This document shows positions 23,928 through 33,709 of a DNA stretch of 64,000 nucleotides, in pieces (positions within the stretch are counted from its first letter, which is position 1; each line of letters starts with the position of its first letter). A program made the position numbers and the translations under genes. The notes beneath the pieces were generated by a model. The model had not been told where the DNA came from. It made no database searches and saw nothing but the letters and a program-made list of their open reading frames with translations. This DNA comes from an uncultured Parcubacteria group bacterium (lineage in GTDB: Bacteria; Patescibacteriota; Minisyncoccia; UBA6257; 2-01-FULL-56-20): contig CAJAQL010000016.1 of the NCBI GenBank assembly GCA_903944135.1, forward strand, positions 1,903 through 65,902, given 5' to 3'.

Positions 23928-24019
23928 GGATTTTAATAAATATTAGTCGCCCTCGCGAAGGCGAGGGTCCATGCTTTTTAAAAGCACGGGTCCTCCGCCT
24001 CCGCGGAGGATGACGAAAA

Positions 24020-24790
24020 TCATTTCTTTTCGACTAGTATATCAGAAAAAATTCCGTTTTGCTTCAGGGAAACCCGTTCATCGCGGGCAAGATGCAAGAC
24101 CGCCAAAAAAAGGAGGATGGTGTCGGCCCGCGAGATGTTATGATCGTGACTCGAAATATTGATGTTCCCCTCACGCTCGATCCGCGCCGTCACCTCGGCG
24201 ATCTTCTCCTCGAGCGTGACGATCTTCTCCTTGATGGTCTGCGTTTCCAGCTCGTACGTCTTGATGGCATCGAAGATCCTATCCAAAGAACCCGCGAGCG
24301 CCGCTGGCGTCACGTTGCCGCCCGGATAGAAAACTTTCGCCTGCGCCGCAAGTCCGCCGCCATGCCCGATGAAGTATTGCCGGCTGTACGACCGATGGCT
24401 CTCGCGCCATAGCTTCGCAATGATACGGAGCGCCGGTTTCAGTTCGCGATAGATCTTCAGCCGATCCTCAAGGTCTTTGATGTCGGCCTCCTCTTCGTCC
24501 GAAAGCGCGAGCCCCGGCAAAAGATACTTCGATTTCAAAAAAATAAGTTTGCTCGCAACCGTAATGAAATCGGCGATGAGCCGCAGATCCTCACGGAAGG
24601 CCGATGCGATGCCCTCCTCGCTCACATCCGCCTCCGGCGGCACTGCCTTCAGATTTTCGATGTAGCGCAGAAAATCTTCCGTGACATGCGCCATGCTCAC
24701 CTCGCTCACGTCCATCTTTTGCGCCTCGATCAGCTCGAGTAATTTCTCGAGCGGGCCGCTGAACTTTTCCGTTTGCAGTTCGTATGCCAT
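24020..24790 (-). CDS. scpA: Segregation and condensation protein A (kleisin)
   Basis: ScpA N-terminus FSGPLEKLLELIEAQKMDVSEVSMAHVTEDFL. 256 aa, directly upstream of scpB. Confidence 0.9.
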   Translation of the reverse strand: MAYELQTEKFSGPLEKLLELIEAQKMDVSEVSMAHVTEDFLRYIENLKAVPPEADVSEEGIASAFREDLRLIADFITVASKLIFLKSKYLLPGLALSDEEEADIKDLEDRLKIYRELKPALRIIAKLWRESHRSYSRQYFIGHGGGLAAQAKVFYPGGNVTPAALAGSLDRIFDAIKTYELETQTIKEKIVTLEEKIAEVTARIEREGNINISSHDHNISRADTILLFLAVLHLARDERVSLKQNGIFSDILVEKK

Positions 24791-24849
24791 GGTACCTTCT
24801 TATCAAAACATTTCGTTCCTTATTTTTCAATGCGGCGCGCAATGAAATT

Positions 24850-24884
24850 TGACAAAATAAAAAATAAGAGATATGATTCTTAAC
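24850..24884 (+). promoter_or_regulatory. Near-consensus sigma70 promoter (TTGACA-17-TATGAT) upstream of a ~230 nt non-coding leader before dnaX
   Basis: ttgacaaaataaaaaataagagatatgat. Confidence 0.4.
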
Positions 24885-25162
24885 GAAGAAAGGGGGTAGC
24901 TCAACGTTTGAATCCATTGGTCCGGCATCGAAACCGTTTCCATTGGCCGTAAAGGTGGCTATCTGGATCGGAGTCGCCATAAGTGGCGTTGCAGGCCTGT
25001 TTTTTCTCCTCCACCCGCTCTTCTAGGTCGGTCGGAACAACATAAACCCAGGGCGCGGCATTCGTCGCTCCCTGGGAATTCTTTTATAAGCACGGATCCG
25101 ACTCCGATAAAAATGCTTTTTATATGGCCTATTTTCACAATCAGCTCTATAATAATCCACAT

Positions 25163-26269
25163 ATGGCACAAGCGCTTTACCGTAAATATCGCCCCAAGAA
25201 GCTGGAAGATGTTCTCGGCCAGGAAACCAATGTTCAGATCCTTAAAAATGCGGCGAAAGCCGGACGCATCGGACAGGCCTATATCTTTTACGGCCCGCGC
25301 GGTACCGGGAAGACCAGCACGGCCCGGCTTCTCGCGAAACTGGTGAATTGCGAAAAACGCCGGACCGATCCCAAATTCGCGGAACTCGGTGAACCGTGCA
25401 ACGTTTGCGCGGCCTGCCGCGAGATCGATGCACAAAACTCTTTTGATGTGATTGAGATCGATGCAGCCTCGAATCGCGGCATCGATGAGATCCGCAACCT
25501 GAAAGAGAACATCCGCACTGCGCCGGCATCAGGAGGATCGAAAGTATACATCATCGACGAAGCGCACATGCTGACTGGCGCCGCATGGAATGCGCTTCTG
25601 AAAACTCTCGAGGAACCGCCGAAACATGCGGTCATCGTGCTCGCGACGACCGAATATGAAAAACTTCCGCCGACCATCACATCGCGGGCCCAACGTTTCA
25701 TATTCAAAAAACTCACGAAAGAAGCAATTGTGAAAAAGCTCGCAACGGAAGCGAAAGCGGAAAAGATAAAGATCGAGGAACCGGCGCTTGAACTCATTGC
25801 CGCGATTGCGGAAGGCAGTGTCCGCGACGCAGAATCGCTTCTTGATCAGATCGCCTCGCTCGGCGGAACGATCGCTCTTGCGGACGTCGAACGCATCACG
25901 GGCCGCACCGGCCTCGCAAAGATCGCCGAGTTCGCCGCTCTCATCCTGAAAAAAGATCTTCCGGCATCCCTTGCTTATCTTTCGGTTCTGAACGAGGAAG
26001 GCGGTAACCCCGTCCAATTCACAAAAGACCTCATCCACTATCTCCGCAAGGTTCTTTCCCTGAAACTGAATCCCGAACTCAAAAAGATATTCGAACGCGA
26101 ACTGACCAGGGACGAAGCGGAGATCATGCAAGAACTCGGGAAGATCGCCGATGTCGCATTCTTGGTTGCATTTGAAAAAGCGCTCATCCGCGCCTACTCC
26201 GAAATGCGCTATTCCCCGTTCGCCGCAACGCCGCTCGAGATCGCGCTCGTCGAAATTCTGAAATCATAA
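25163..26269 (+). CDS. dnaX: DNA polymerase III subunit gamma/tau, short form
   Basis: MAQALYRKYRPKK..., Walker A GPRGTGKTS, Zn-module CNVCAACREI, DEAH-like IIDEAHML and sensor-2 regions. The ORF-track start at 25124 is extended; the ATG at 25163 is preferred. Confidence 0.9.
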   Translation: MAQALYRKYRPKKLEDVLGQETNVQILKNAAKAGRIGQAYIFYGPRGTGKTSTARLLAKLVNCEKRRTDPKFAELGEPCNVCAACREIDAQNSFDVIEIDAASNRGIDEIRNLKENIRTAPASGGSKVYIIDEAHMLTGAAWNALLKTLEEPPKHAVIVLATTEYEKLPPTITSRAQRFIFKKLTKEAIVKKLATEAKAEKIKIEEPALELIAAIAEGSVRDAESLLDQIASLGGTIALADVERITGRTGLAKIAEFAALILKKDLPASLAYLSVLNEEGGNPVQFTKDLIHYLRKVLSLKLNPELKKIFERELTRDEAEIMQELGKIADVAFLVAFEKALIRAYSEMRYSPFAATPLEIALVEILKS

Positions 26270-26284
26270 AGATATCGCAACGCC

Positions 26285-26713
26285 ATGTCTCAAAAACCAA
26301 AAAACGAGAGACATTTTATTGATTGGATCGTCGCCACGCTCGGCGTTATTCTGGCCGTCCTGCTTTTCTTCTTTGTGCGGCAATATCGGACACTGCAACG
26401 CGAGGAGCTTATCGCGACGCACCGGGCGATGACGAGCGCCCTAAGGAACCATCCTCTCCTTATTGCAAATGATGCAGATACCATACGTTCATGGATGACC
26501 TTCGATTATCTCAATGGATTTTTCAAGATGCCCCCGGACTATCTAAAGAACCGGCTTTCCATATCGGATCCGGCATATCCAAAAATGACCATCAATAAGT
26601 TTGCCAAAGATATCCGTCAGACCCCATCTTCGACCCTCGTCGAAGTCCAGAACACCGTACGGCAATTTTTTGCATCCTCATCCGCACCGGAAGCGAACAC
26701 CTCCTCGACATAA
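26285..26713 (+). CDS. Hypothetical membrane-anchored protein
   Basis: 142 aa with a single N-terminal TM helix (IVATLGVILAVLLFFFV). No recognised motifs. Confidence 0.45.
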   Translation: MSQKPKNERHFIDWIVATLGVILAVLLFFFVRQYRTLQREELIATHRAMTSALRNHPLLIANDADTIRSWMTFDYLNGFFKMPPDYLKNRLSISDPAYPKMTINKFAKDIRQTPSSTLVEVQNTVRQFFASSSAPEANTSST

Positions 26714-27312
26714 TGGATATTCTTTCCTCGCTTCTTTCGTGGCTTCTTCTCTATAAATATGCTGCGCTCTTCGCTATCGTTTACAGCGGAGCCCTTCTCC
26801 TGCCATTACCGGTGAACGCGATGCTTCTCGCCGTGGGAGCATTCTCGAGCCAGAACTATTTCAATTTCTGGCTGTCGCTCGCGATCGCCGTCATCGCAAA
26901 CACGCTAGGCGACCTCTCGGGCTACGCCATCACGCGCCGCTGGGGCACAACCGTAACGCACGCACTCCGCCTTAATAAGTTCGCTTTTTTCAAACAGCTC
27001 GCTGAAGAATTCCGGACCGACGCCGCCGTGACTGTCTTTACCACGCGATTCGCGAGCTCCCTCAGCACCATATCCAACTTCCTTGCGGGACTCGTCAAAG
27101 TGCCAATTGCAACATTTCTCTTTTATGATTTCATCGGAAATATCATAGAACCTGGCGCGGGCCTCTCGCTTGGCTATCTTGTCGGCAATTACTGGAATGA
27201 TTTTTCCGGAACGTTCGAGATCGCGAGCGGCATCATTGCCGTTGCCGTGATCATCTTCGTTCTCGCCCGCATCTCGCATAACATCGCAAAAAAATACAAA
27301 AACCCGGCATAG
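26713..27312 (+). CDS. DedA/TVP38 (SNARE-associated) family membrane protein
   Basis: 199 aa and polytopic, with the typical DedA core ...LLPLP...G...GDLSGYAI. Confidence 0.75.
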   Translation: MDILSSLLSWLLLYKYAALFAIVYSGALLLPLPVNAMLLAVGAFSSQNYFNFWLSLAIAVIANTLGDLSGYAITRRWGTTVTHALRLNKFAFFKQLAEEFRTDAAVTVFTTRFASSLSTISNFLAGLVKVPIATFLFYDFIGNIIEPGAGLSLGYLVGNYWNDFSGTFEIASGIIAVAVIIFVLARISHNIAKKYKNPA

Positions 27313-27315
27313 GTT

Positions 27316-27675
27316 CTACGCCAATTTCTCCCTTAATCTTTTTTCGACCTTCCCGACGTGGATTTTGAGCGTTGCCACGTCTGCGCGAGAATCAACGGTT
27401 TCCAATCGATCTTTGATCTCATGCAATTCTCCTGCCATAAGATCCATTTGAATTTCAATGGCATCTATACGCTGTTCCAAATTTCCTACCCGCAACTCTA
27501 AACTATCCATTCTCTGTTCTAGACCATCCATACGTTGCTCTAACTTGTCCATTCTCTTCTCCAATGTATCCATGCGCGCTTCCAACTTATCGAATCTTGC
27601 GTTGAATTCCTCTCTTATGGCGAGAAACTCTTTTTGCATCATCTCCGCCAATATCTCCAGGGTCATTTTTTGCAT
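27316..27675 (-). CDS. Coiled-coil protein with tandem ~11-residue repeats (RMDxLEQRMDxLE...)
   Basis: LEARMDTLEKRMDKLEQRMDGLEQRMDSLELRVGNLEQRIDAIE. The underlying DNA is imperfect tandem repeats and local GC is clearly lower than the flanks. Confidence 0.55.
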   Translation of the reverse strand: MQKMTLEILAEMMQKEFLAIREEFNARFDKLEARMDTLEKRMDKLEQRMDGLEQRMDSLELRVGNLEQRIDAIEIQMDLMAGELHEIKDRLETVDSRADVATLKIHVGKVEKRLREKLA

Positions 27676-27760
27676 AGACCCATCATAAAATGACGCTTTG
27701 CGAAGTCAAAATATCTTTAAGAATTTTTTAATGAAAAATTCTTCATTTGGTTCGCTCATC

Positions 27761-27793
27761 GAAAATATGAGGATTTAGAATCCTCATATTTTC
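27761..27793. promoter_or_regulatory. Perfect 15 bp inverted repeat (candidate operator) upstream of the coiled-coil gene
   Basis: GAAAATATGAGGATT-TAG-AATCCTCATATTTTC. No U-tract follows, so an operator is more likely than a terminator. A nearby second palindrome is GAATTTTTTAATGAAAAATTC. Confidence 0.4.
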
Positions 27794-27860
27794 TCCTCTC
27801 TGCCAAATGTAATGATTTTTTAATAACTGCCCGCGAACAGTTCGTCTCTCTTATTTTCTG

Positions 27861-28676
27861 TCACTTGTTCAATTCGTAGAAATTTTCAAATAATTTTGCG
27901 ACAAGGATCGGGCCGGTGCCGCCGGGGGTTGGCGTATAAAATCCCAATCGTTCGGCGCGCACCGCAAGTTCCCTCGCGTCAAGATCTCCTGAATATTTTC
28001 CCTCAACTGTTCCATAACCGAAATCAATAACACTCGCACCGTCTTTCAGCATGTCCGGCGAGATAAGGCCCGCTCTCCCCGTACCCGTAATAACGATATC
28101 CGCATCTTTCAATGCGATGAGGTCGCTCGTGCTGCGGAGAAGCATCGTTTCCTTCGCGCGCCGCATGATCCAATTCGCGATCGGCCGCCCGACCAAGATA
28201 CCAAGACCGACGATAGCGACGGAACAATTTTCGAGTTCAATGTTCAGGGTCGAAATTATTTCATTGACGGTTCCGACGGCAGGCGGCAGAACTTCGCTCC
28301 GACCGACATAGAACGCACCGAGCGCCTGCCCGCAGAGAACATCCACGTCCTTTTCCTTTGGAATCGCGTTCAAAACATAATATTGGTTCAAATGCTCCGG
28401 CAACGGCAGCTGCACGATAACGCCGCCGCAGGTTTTATGCGCAGCGATCTTTCCGACCTCGCCCCGAAGTTCATCGTTCGTTATATCCTTCGGAAAACGA
28501 TACATGCGGAAATCCACGCCAAGCTCCTTCGCGGTCTTTTCTTTCTGCTTCAGGAAGCTGATCGAGCTTTTATCATCACCGACCAAAACCGCGCCGAGAA
28601 ATCTTTTCGGCAACGGACGCGACTTCAAACGTTCGATAATATCCGACGCAATCGCCTTTCCGCCGATGATCTGCAT
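27861..28676 (-). CDS. folD: Bifunctional methylenetetrahydrofolate dehydrogenase/cyclohydrolase FolD
   Basis: MQIIGGKAIA..., YxxSK-like region and NAD(P) Rossmann GxGxxxGRP (VGLGILVGRPIA). 271 aa. Confidence 0.9.
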   Translation of the reverse strand: MQIIGGKAIASDIIERLKSRPLPKRFLGAVLVGDDKSSISFLKQKEKTAKELGVDFRMYRFPKDITNDELRGEVGKIAAHKTCGGVIVQLPLPEHLNQYYVLNAIPKEKDVDVLCGQALGAFYVGRSEVLPPAVGTVNEIISTLNIELENCSVAIVGLGILVGRPIANWIMRRAKETMLLRSTSDLIALKDADIVITGTGRAGLISPDMLKDGASVIDFGYGTVEGKYSGDLDARELAVRAERLGFYTPTPGGTGPILVAKLFENFYELNK

Positions 28677-28750
28677 GCTCCCATTGTATCACCGCTCCGA
28701 CATATTATGAATTCATGCAGTCCCGTGCACGGGAAAGGATTCGGACGAAA

Positions 28751-29692
28751 TCAAAGCGAAACGAGAAGCTTCCCCATTTTTTTGAGCGGGCCATGGCGGA
28801 CGAATGTTTCGGTATCGATAAAATCGCCGAGGATATATTCGGGGCCCCGGCCGCCCTTTTTCGGAATGGGCGGCGCTACGAATTCCGCGCCCTCGCGCCG
28901 ATATTTCCTCAAAAGCCGCTCTGAGGGCTTCTTGTTATTGAGGATCACGAAATCCAAAACATCCTTTCCGAGATATCTTTCCATGGTTGCCAGAAAATCT
29001 TCCGCGGAAAAACCATCGGTCTCCCCTGCTTTGGTCATCAGATTACAGATGAAAATCTTCTTCGCTTTCGATCTTTTTATCTCATCTCTCACGCCCGGCA
29101 CAAGGAAGTTCGGAATGATGCTGGTATAAAGATCGCCCGGCCCCATAATGATGGAATCGGCGTTCTTCAAAATACGCTTCAGGCTCGGGTTCATCCGTGC
29201 TTCGGGTTCCAACCAAACCTCCTCGATAGGGGAACGATGCGGCGCGCGCGGAATGTCGATGTTCGTCTCCCCGCGGATAATGGAACCGTTCGCAAGACGC
29301 GCACAGAGCCGCACGTCATCAAGCGTGACCGGCGCAACCTCGCCATTCACGTTCAGAATATGCGACGCCTCCTCGACTGCGGATGCAAAATTTCCAGTGA
29401 CCTTTTCAAGCGCCGTAAGAAAAAGATTTCCGAAACTGTGCCCCTGCAGGCCGCCGCCATTGAAGCGATAATTGAAAAGTTCGCGCATCGTATCGCTCGA
29501 ATCAGAGAGCGCGACGAGCGCGCGGCGGACGTCGCCCGGCGGCAGAACGCCATACTGGTCGCGTAACCGTCCCGTTGAACCGCCGTCATCCGCCATGGAA
29601 ACGATTGCGGTAAGATGCACGGGATATTTTTTGAGCGCCGTGAGCACGGTGAACGTTCCCGTTCCTCCGCCGATGGTTACGATATTTTTCAT
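28751..29692 (-). CDS. UPF0052/YvcK-family (CofD-like, 'gluconeogenesis factor') protein
   Basis: IVTIGGGTGTFTVLTALK...MADDGGSTGRLRDQYGVLPPGDVRRAL, the hallmark of the YvcK/CofD family. Start set at the internal ATG (MKNIVTIGGG); the ORF-track start at 29779 looks extended. Confidence 0.8.
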   Translation of the reverse strand: MKNIVTIGGGTGTFTVLTALKKYPVHLTAIVSMADDGGSTGRLRDQYGVLPPGDVRRALVALSDSSDTMRELFNYRFNGGGLQGHSFGNLFLTALEKVTGNFASAVEEASHILNVNGEVAPVTLDDVRLCARLANGSIIRGETNIDIPRAPHRSPIEEVWLEPEARMNPSLKRILKNADSIIMGPGDLYTSIIPNFLVPGVRDEIKRSKAKKIFICNLMTKAGETDGFSAEDFLATMERYLGKDVLDFVILNNKKPSERLLRKYRREGAEFVAPPIPKKGGRGPEYILGDFIDTETFVRHGPLKKMGKLLVSL

Positions 29693-29787
29693 AACAACGA
29701 TAACTGAATTGTAACTCTTCTGCCGATTTTTCGGCAGAACTGGAAAAATATCCGCAAAAATGTCATAGTAGAAAAACAAAGTTCGCC

Positions 29788-31110
29788 ATGAAACTGACAG
29801 CTGGCATAAAAACTTTTTCCCTCTTTCTTGGAGATATTGCAGCGCTCTATGCGTCGCTTCTTGCCACGCTCGCCCTGCGCTACGGATCGGGATTTTATGA
29901 AAAGTTCATCGATGTCCACGCCGTCCCCTTCACGATCGTCTTCGTTCTTTGGATCGTGATCTTCTATGTCTCGGGCCTCTACGATCTCCGCCAGCTCCGC
30001 AACAACATCGATTTCCTGAAAACGCTTGCGCTCGTCATATTCGTCAGCGCGACCGTCGCAGTCATGCTTTTCTACTTCATTCCTTCGTTCGGTATCGCGC
30101 CAAAAACGAATCTGTTCATCTTCCTTGTCATATTCATCGTCATCGAGATCATGTGGCGCCGCTTGGCGAACACGCTCCTCGCGTCGAGGGAAGCGCCGAA
30201 CAAGGTCGTCCTTGTTGGCAACGGTTCGGTCGTGGAAGAGATCGCAAAAACGATCGACGAGAATCCGCAGTTCGGTTATGCCGTCGTAAAGCGGATCCAC
30301 GAGCAGAATGATCCGAAGGCGCTCGAACGCGCGGTCGAAGAATCCCGTGCCAATGTGATTGCCGTACCGCGCCACCTGAAAAAAGAAACCGCCTTTGCGC
30401 TGATGCTGTATGAGCTTCTCGGAAAAGGAACGCTCGTGATCGACGTCTCGGATCTCTATGAACGCATCCTGCGCAAGGTGCCGCTGACCGATATTGAAGA
30501 AACATGGTTTCTGGAAAACATCGAGGGTGCGGGAAGATATTACGATTCCCTGAAACGCGCCGGGGAATTCCTCTTGGCACTTATTGCCGCAACGATCCTG
30601 CTCCCCATTGAACTCCTTGTAGCGCTGTTCGTAAAACTTTCATCGCCCGGACCCGTGATCTATCGCCAGACCCGCATCGGAAAAAACGGAAAGACGTTCA
30701 TGCTCTATAAATTCCGAACGATGCGGGTAGCGGAAAAGAACGGCTGGCTCGACACCGACAAGACGCGCATCACCGGCATCGGAAAAATACTGCGCAGCAC
30801 GCACCTCGACGAGCTTCCCCAGTTCATCAATCTTCTGCGCGGCGACGTATCTTTCGTCGGACCACGGCCGGATTTCATCGAGTTCTACGAGAAGCTCAAA
30901 GACGTCATTCCGTACTATTCCATACGCACCATCGTGAAGCCCGGCATCACCGGATGGGCGCAGGTCACCTTCCCCGTGACGGAATCCGCCGAACAGACCA
31001 AAGAGCGGCTCTGCTACGATATTTATTATCTCAAAAATCGCTCATTGATCTTCGATATTCTCATCATTCTGAAAACATTGAGAACCGTTGTGACCGCCGC
31101 AGGGAAATAA
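29788..31110 (+). CDS. Polyprenyl-phosphate glycosyl-1-phosphate transferase (bacterial sugar transferase, WbaP/CpsE-like)
   Basis: 4-5 N-terminal TMs, then a PF02397-like C-terminus PGPVIYRQTRIGKNGKTFMLYKFRTM...DELPQFINLLRGDVSFVGPRP. Confidence 0.85.
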   Translation: MKLTAGIKTFSLFLGDIAALYASLLATLALRYGSGFYEKFIDVHAVPFTIVFVLWIVIFYVSGLYDLRQLRNNIDFLKTLALVIFVSATVAVMLFYFIPSFGIAPKTNLFIFLVIFIVIEIMWRRLANTLLASREAPNKVVLVGNGSVVEEIAKTIDENPQFGYAVVKRIHEQNDPKALERAVEESRANVIAVPRHLKKETAFALMLYELLGKGTLVIDVSDLYERILRKVPLTDIEETWFLENIEGAGRYYDSLKRAGEFLLALIAATILLPIELLVALFVKLSSPGPVIYRQTRIGKNGKTFMLYKFRTMRVAEKNGWLDTDKTRITGIGKILRSTHLDELPQFINLLRGDVSFVGPRPDFIEFYEKLKDVIPYYSIRTIVKPGITGWAQVTFPVTESAEQTKERLCYDIYYLKNRSLIFDILIILKTLRTVVTAAGK

Positions 31111-31167
31111 GACTCCCGCGACCCGACGAAGAGGTATTGGGTCACCTAGCGTGATATACTGAGAAGC

Positions 31168-32148
31168 ATGGAAATTCTCATCACCGGCAGTGCCGGATAT
31201 ATCGCCGGCCTTCTCATCAAAAAATTATCCGCGGATCCATCGGTCTCGCGCATCATAGGCATCGACCTGCTTCCTGAACCGGATTCCATGAAATCCGATC
31301 CGAAGATCACGTGGATCCAGGCAGATCTTGCGATCCCGGGATGGGAGGATCGATTGCCGCCAGATGCGCGGATCGACGCCGTCGTCCATTGCGCTTTCAA
31401 GATACGCAATCCGTACGGTAAAAAGAAAGCGATCCAGAAGAACAATCTTGATAACTGCCATCGGGTCTTTTCGTTCTCCGTCGAACACAATGTACCGAAG
31501 CTTATGTATCTCTCCACCGTTTCGGCATACGGCGCAAAACCGGAAAATATCGGAAAGCTTCTCACGGAAACCGAACCGATCTCCGAAACTGAAAATCCGT
31601 ACGGGTATCAAAAAGCTGAAACCGAACGCGATCTCGTTGCGGTCCTAAGATCGCATGACGCGGCAACACGGGCCATCGTCCTGCGGCTGAACAGCGTGAC
31701 CGGCCCCGTAGGACAGAACCTCACGAGCAAGTTCGGACTCATTACTTTCCTGAAAAAGATCCTACCGTTCGTCGTTGAGGCAGACCCCGCTTGGGCACGA
31801 CAATTCGTGCACGAAGAAGATCTGATCCACATCATGGAACTTTTGATCGACGCAGACCTCCCGAAAGACGGCTTGAATCCGATGATCTTCAATATCGCTC
31901 CGCCGAAATTTCTCACCGCAAAAGACATGGGACAGCTCCTCCATAAAAAAGTTCTTCGCGTTCCGCACTGGGTCGTACGGCCAGCCTTTTTCATGGCATG
32001 GCATCTCTCGCTTGGCCGCATTCCAACGCGCCCCGATTCCGCAATGGGCCTCATCTATCCCATCAACGTCGATGGTTCGCGCATAGAAAAAGCGATCGAT
32101 TTCCATTACGCCCATACCGCAGAGGACGCCTTCATGGGAAAAGCGTAA
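31168..32148 (+). CDS. NAD-dependent epimerase/dehydratase (SDR family)
   Basis: N-terminal Rossmann ILITGSAGYIAGLL and YxxxK-containing middle. 326 aa, immediately downstream of the sugar transferase. Confidence 0.75.
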   Translation: MEILITGSAGYIAGLLIKKLSADPSVSRIIGIDLLPEPDSMKSDPKITWIQADLAIPGWEDRLPPDARIDAVVHCAFKIRNPYGKKKAIQKNNLDNCHRVFSFSVEHNVPKLMYLSTVSAYGAKPENIGKLLTETEPISETENPYGYQKAETERDLVAVLRSHDAATRAIVLRLNSVTGPVGQNLTSKFGLITFLKKILPFVVEADPAWARQFVHEEDLIHIMELLIDADLPKDGLNPMIFNIAPPKFLTAKDMGQLLHKKVLRVPHWVVRPAFFMAWHLSLGRIPTRPDSAMGLIYPINVDGSRIEKAIDFHYAHTAEDAFMGKA

Positions 32149-32220
32149 CGAGGTTTTTGCGCTAAATTTAGAACCTAGAACCTATTCCTCGGATATCTAT
32201 TTCGGGATAGGTCTGTTTTT

Positions 32221-33471
32221 TTATTCGATTCCGGGAACCGGAAACTGTACGGAGAATTTTTTGACGTCCTCCTTCACGGCCGCAAGCTTGGCATCATCGG
32301 CACGGTTCATGAGCGCCACATCCATCAGGTCGGCGACCGTTTGCATGTCTTTTTCTTTGCAACCGCGCGTGGTCAAAGCCGGCGTACCCAAACGGATACC
32401 GGAAGGATCCATCGGCTTCCGCGGATCATACGGGATCATGTTCTTGTTGATCGAAATGCCCACCTTTTCCAATGCTTTCTCCCCTTCCTTGCCGGTAATA
32501 GCCTTACTCCCAAAAAGATCGATCAACATGAGATGATTGTCCGTGCCACCCGAAACCACCCGATAGCCCTTTTCCTGCAAAGCTCCGGCCAATGCCCGCG
32601 CATTCGCGATGATCTGTTTGGAATATTCCTGAAAATCCGGCCGCAAGGCCTCACCGTACGCGATCGCCTTCGCGGCAATGATGTGCTCGTGCGGTCCGCC
32701 CTGCACGCCCGGGAAAACAGATTTATCGATCGCGGCCGCGAACTGCTCCTTGCACATGATCATGGCACCACGCGGACCACGCAGCGTTTTGTGGGTGGTC
32801 GTAGAAACCACATCGCAGAACGGTATCGGATTCTCTAATTGCTTTCCCGCAACCAAGCCGGCAATATGGGCGATGTCCGCAAACAGGAATGCGCCAACCT
32901 TGTCGGCGATCTCACGGAAACGCTTCCACTCGAATGATCGTGAATAGGCCGAGAATCCGGCCAATATCATTTTTGGTTTTTCCCGCAATGCGATCGCCTC
33001 GACTTCATCCATATCGATAATCTCCGTTCCTTGCTTCACAAAATACGGAACGATCGTATAAAGTTTTCCGGAAAAGTTCAGCGGATGGCCATGCGAAAGA
33101 TGGCCGCCCTGGTCAAGCGAAAAACCAAGCACCTTGTCGCCGGGATTGAGGAGCGCCATATAGACCGCCAGATTCGCCGGCGAACCCGACAGTGGTTGGA
33201 CGTTCACGTGCTCGGCACCGAACAGTTCTTTCGCGCGACTGATGGCAAGATTCTCCGCCTGATCAATCACCTCATTGCCGCCATAGTAACGCTTTCCGGG
33301 ATAACCTTCGCTGTACTTATTCGTGAGGACCGAACCCATTGCCTCAAGTACCGCTCGCGAAACATAGTTTTCGCTGGCAATAAGTTCGATGCCTTCCTTC
33401 TGCCGCTGCTCTTCTCTTTTAAGAATTTCGAAAATTTGAGGATCTTCTTTTTCTATTGTTGGATAATTCAT
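32221..33471 (-). CDS. glyA: Serine hydroxymethyltransferase
   Basis: ELIASENYVSRAVLEAMGSVLTNKYSEGYPGKRYYGG and the PLP-lysine motif TTTHKTLRGPRG. 416 aa. Confidence 0.95.
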   Translation of the reverse strand: MNYPTIEKEDPQIFEILKREEQRQKEGIELIASENYVSRAVLEAMGSVLTNKYSEGYPGKRYYGGNEVIDQAENLAISRAKELFGAEHVNVQPLSGSPANLAVYMALLNPGDKVLGFSLDQGGHLSHGHPLNFSGKLYTIVPYFVKQGTEIIDMDEVEAIALREKPKMILAGFSAYSRSFEWKRFREIADKVGAFLFADIAHIAGLVAGKQLENPIPFCDVVSTTTHKTLRGPRGAMIMCKEQFAAAIDKSVFPGVQGGPHEHIIAAKAIAYGEALRPDFQEYSKQIIANARALAGALQEKGYRVVSGGTDNHLMLIDLFGSKAITGKEGEKALEKVGISINKNMIPYDPRKPMDPSGIRLGTPALTTRGCKEKDMQTVADLMDVALMNRADDAKLAAVKEDVKKFSVQFPVPGIE

Positions 33472-33709
33472 TGGAAATAGATAAAATTAATTTTAAGGGC
33501 CACAAAAAACCGTGGCCGAAAGAACGAAAGAAATTGAAGAAAGATTACACCATATATTTATCTTACTACAAAAATTGGATTTTTATAAATTTTGTCTTAT
33601 CTGTCATTCCGAGCCAGCGAGAAATCTCTGCACTATCAGTCTTCGAATCTGATGGTTCATAACCGAACCTTGGATTTCCTTTTCCTTATTCCCACGCTAT
33701 AATATTCCC

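Noticed and set aside
24890-25005. Identifying the dnaX-upstream RNA specifically as SRP/4.5S RNA.
   Set aside because: The position fits, but I could not find the conserved domain IV motif (the GGAA tetraloop/AGCA symmetric-loop context) by eye. It is kept only as a generic candidate sRNA.
24959-25435. Minus-strand 158-aa ORF spanning the dnaX start region.
   Set aside because: It overlaps the dnaX N-terminal coding region and the upstream leader, with no support.
29689-30375. Minus-strand 228-aa ORF.
   Set aside because: It is antisense to the polyprenyl-phosphate sugar transferase gene. The Arg/Asp/Glu-rich translation is an artefact.
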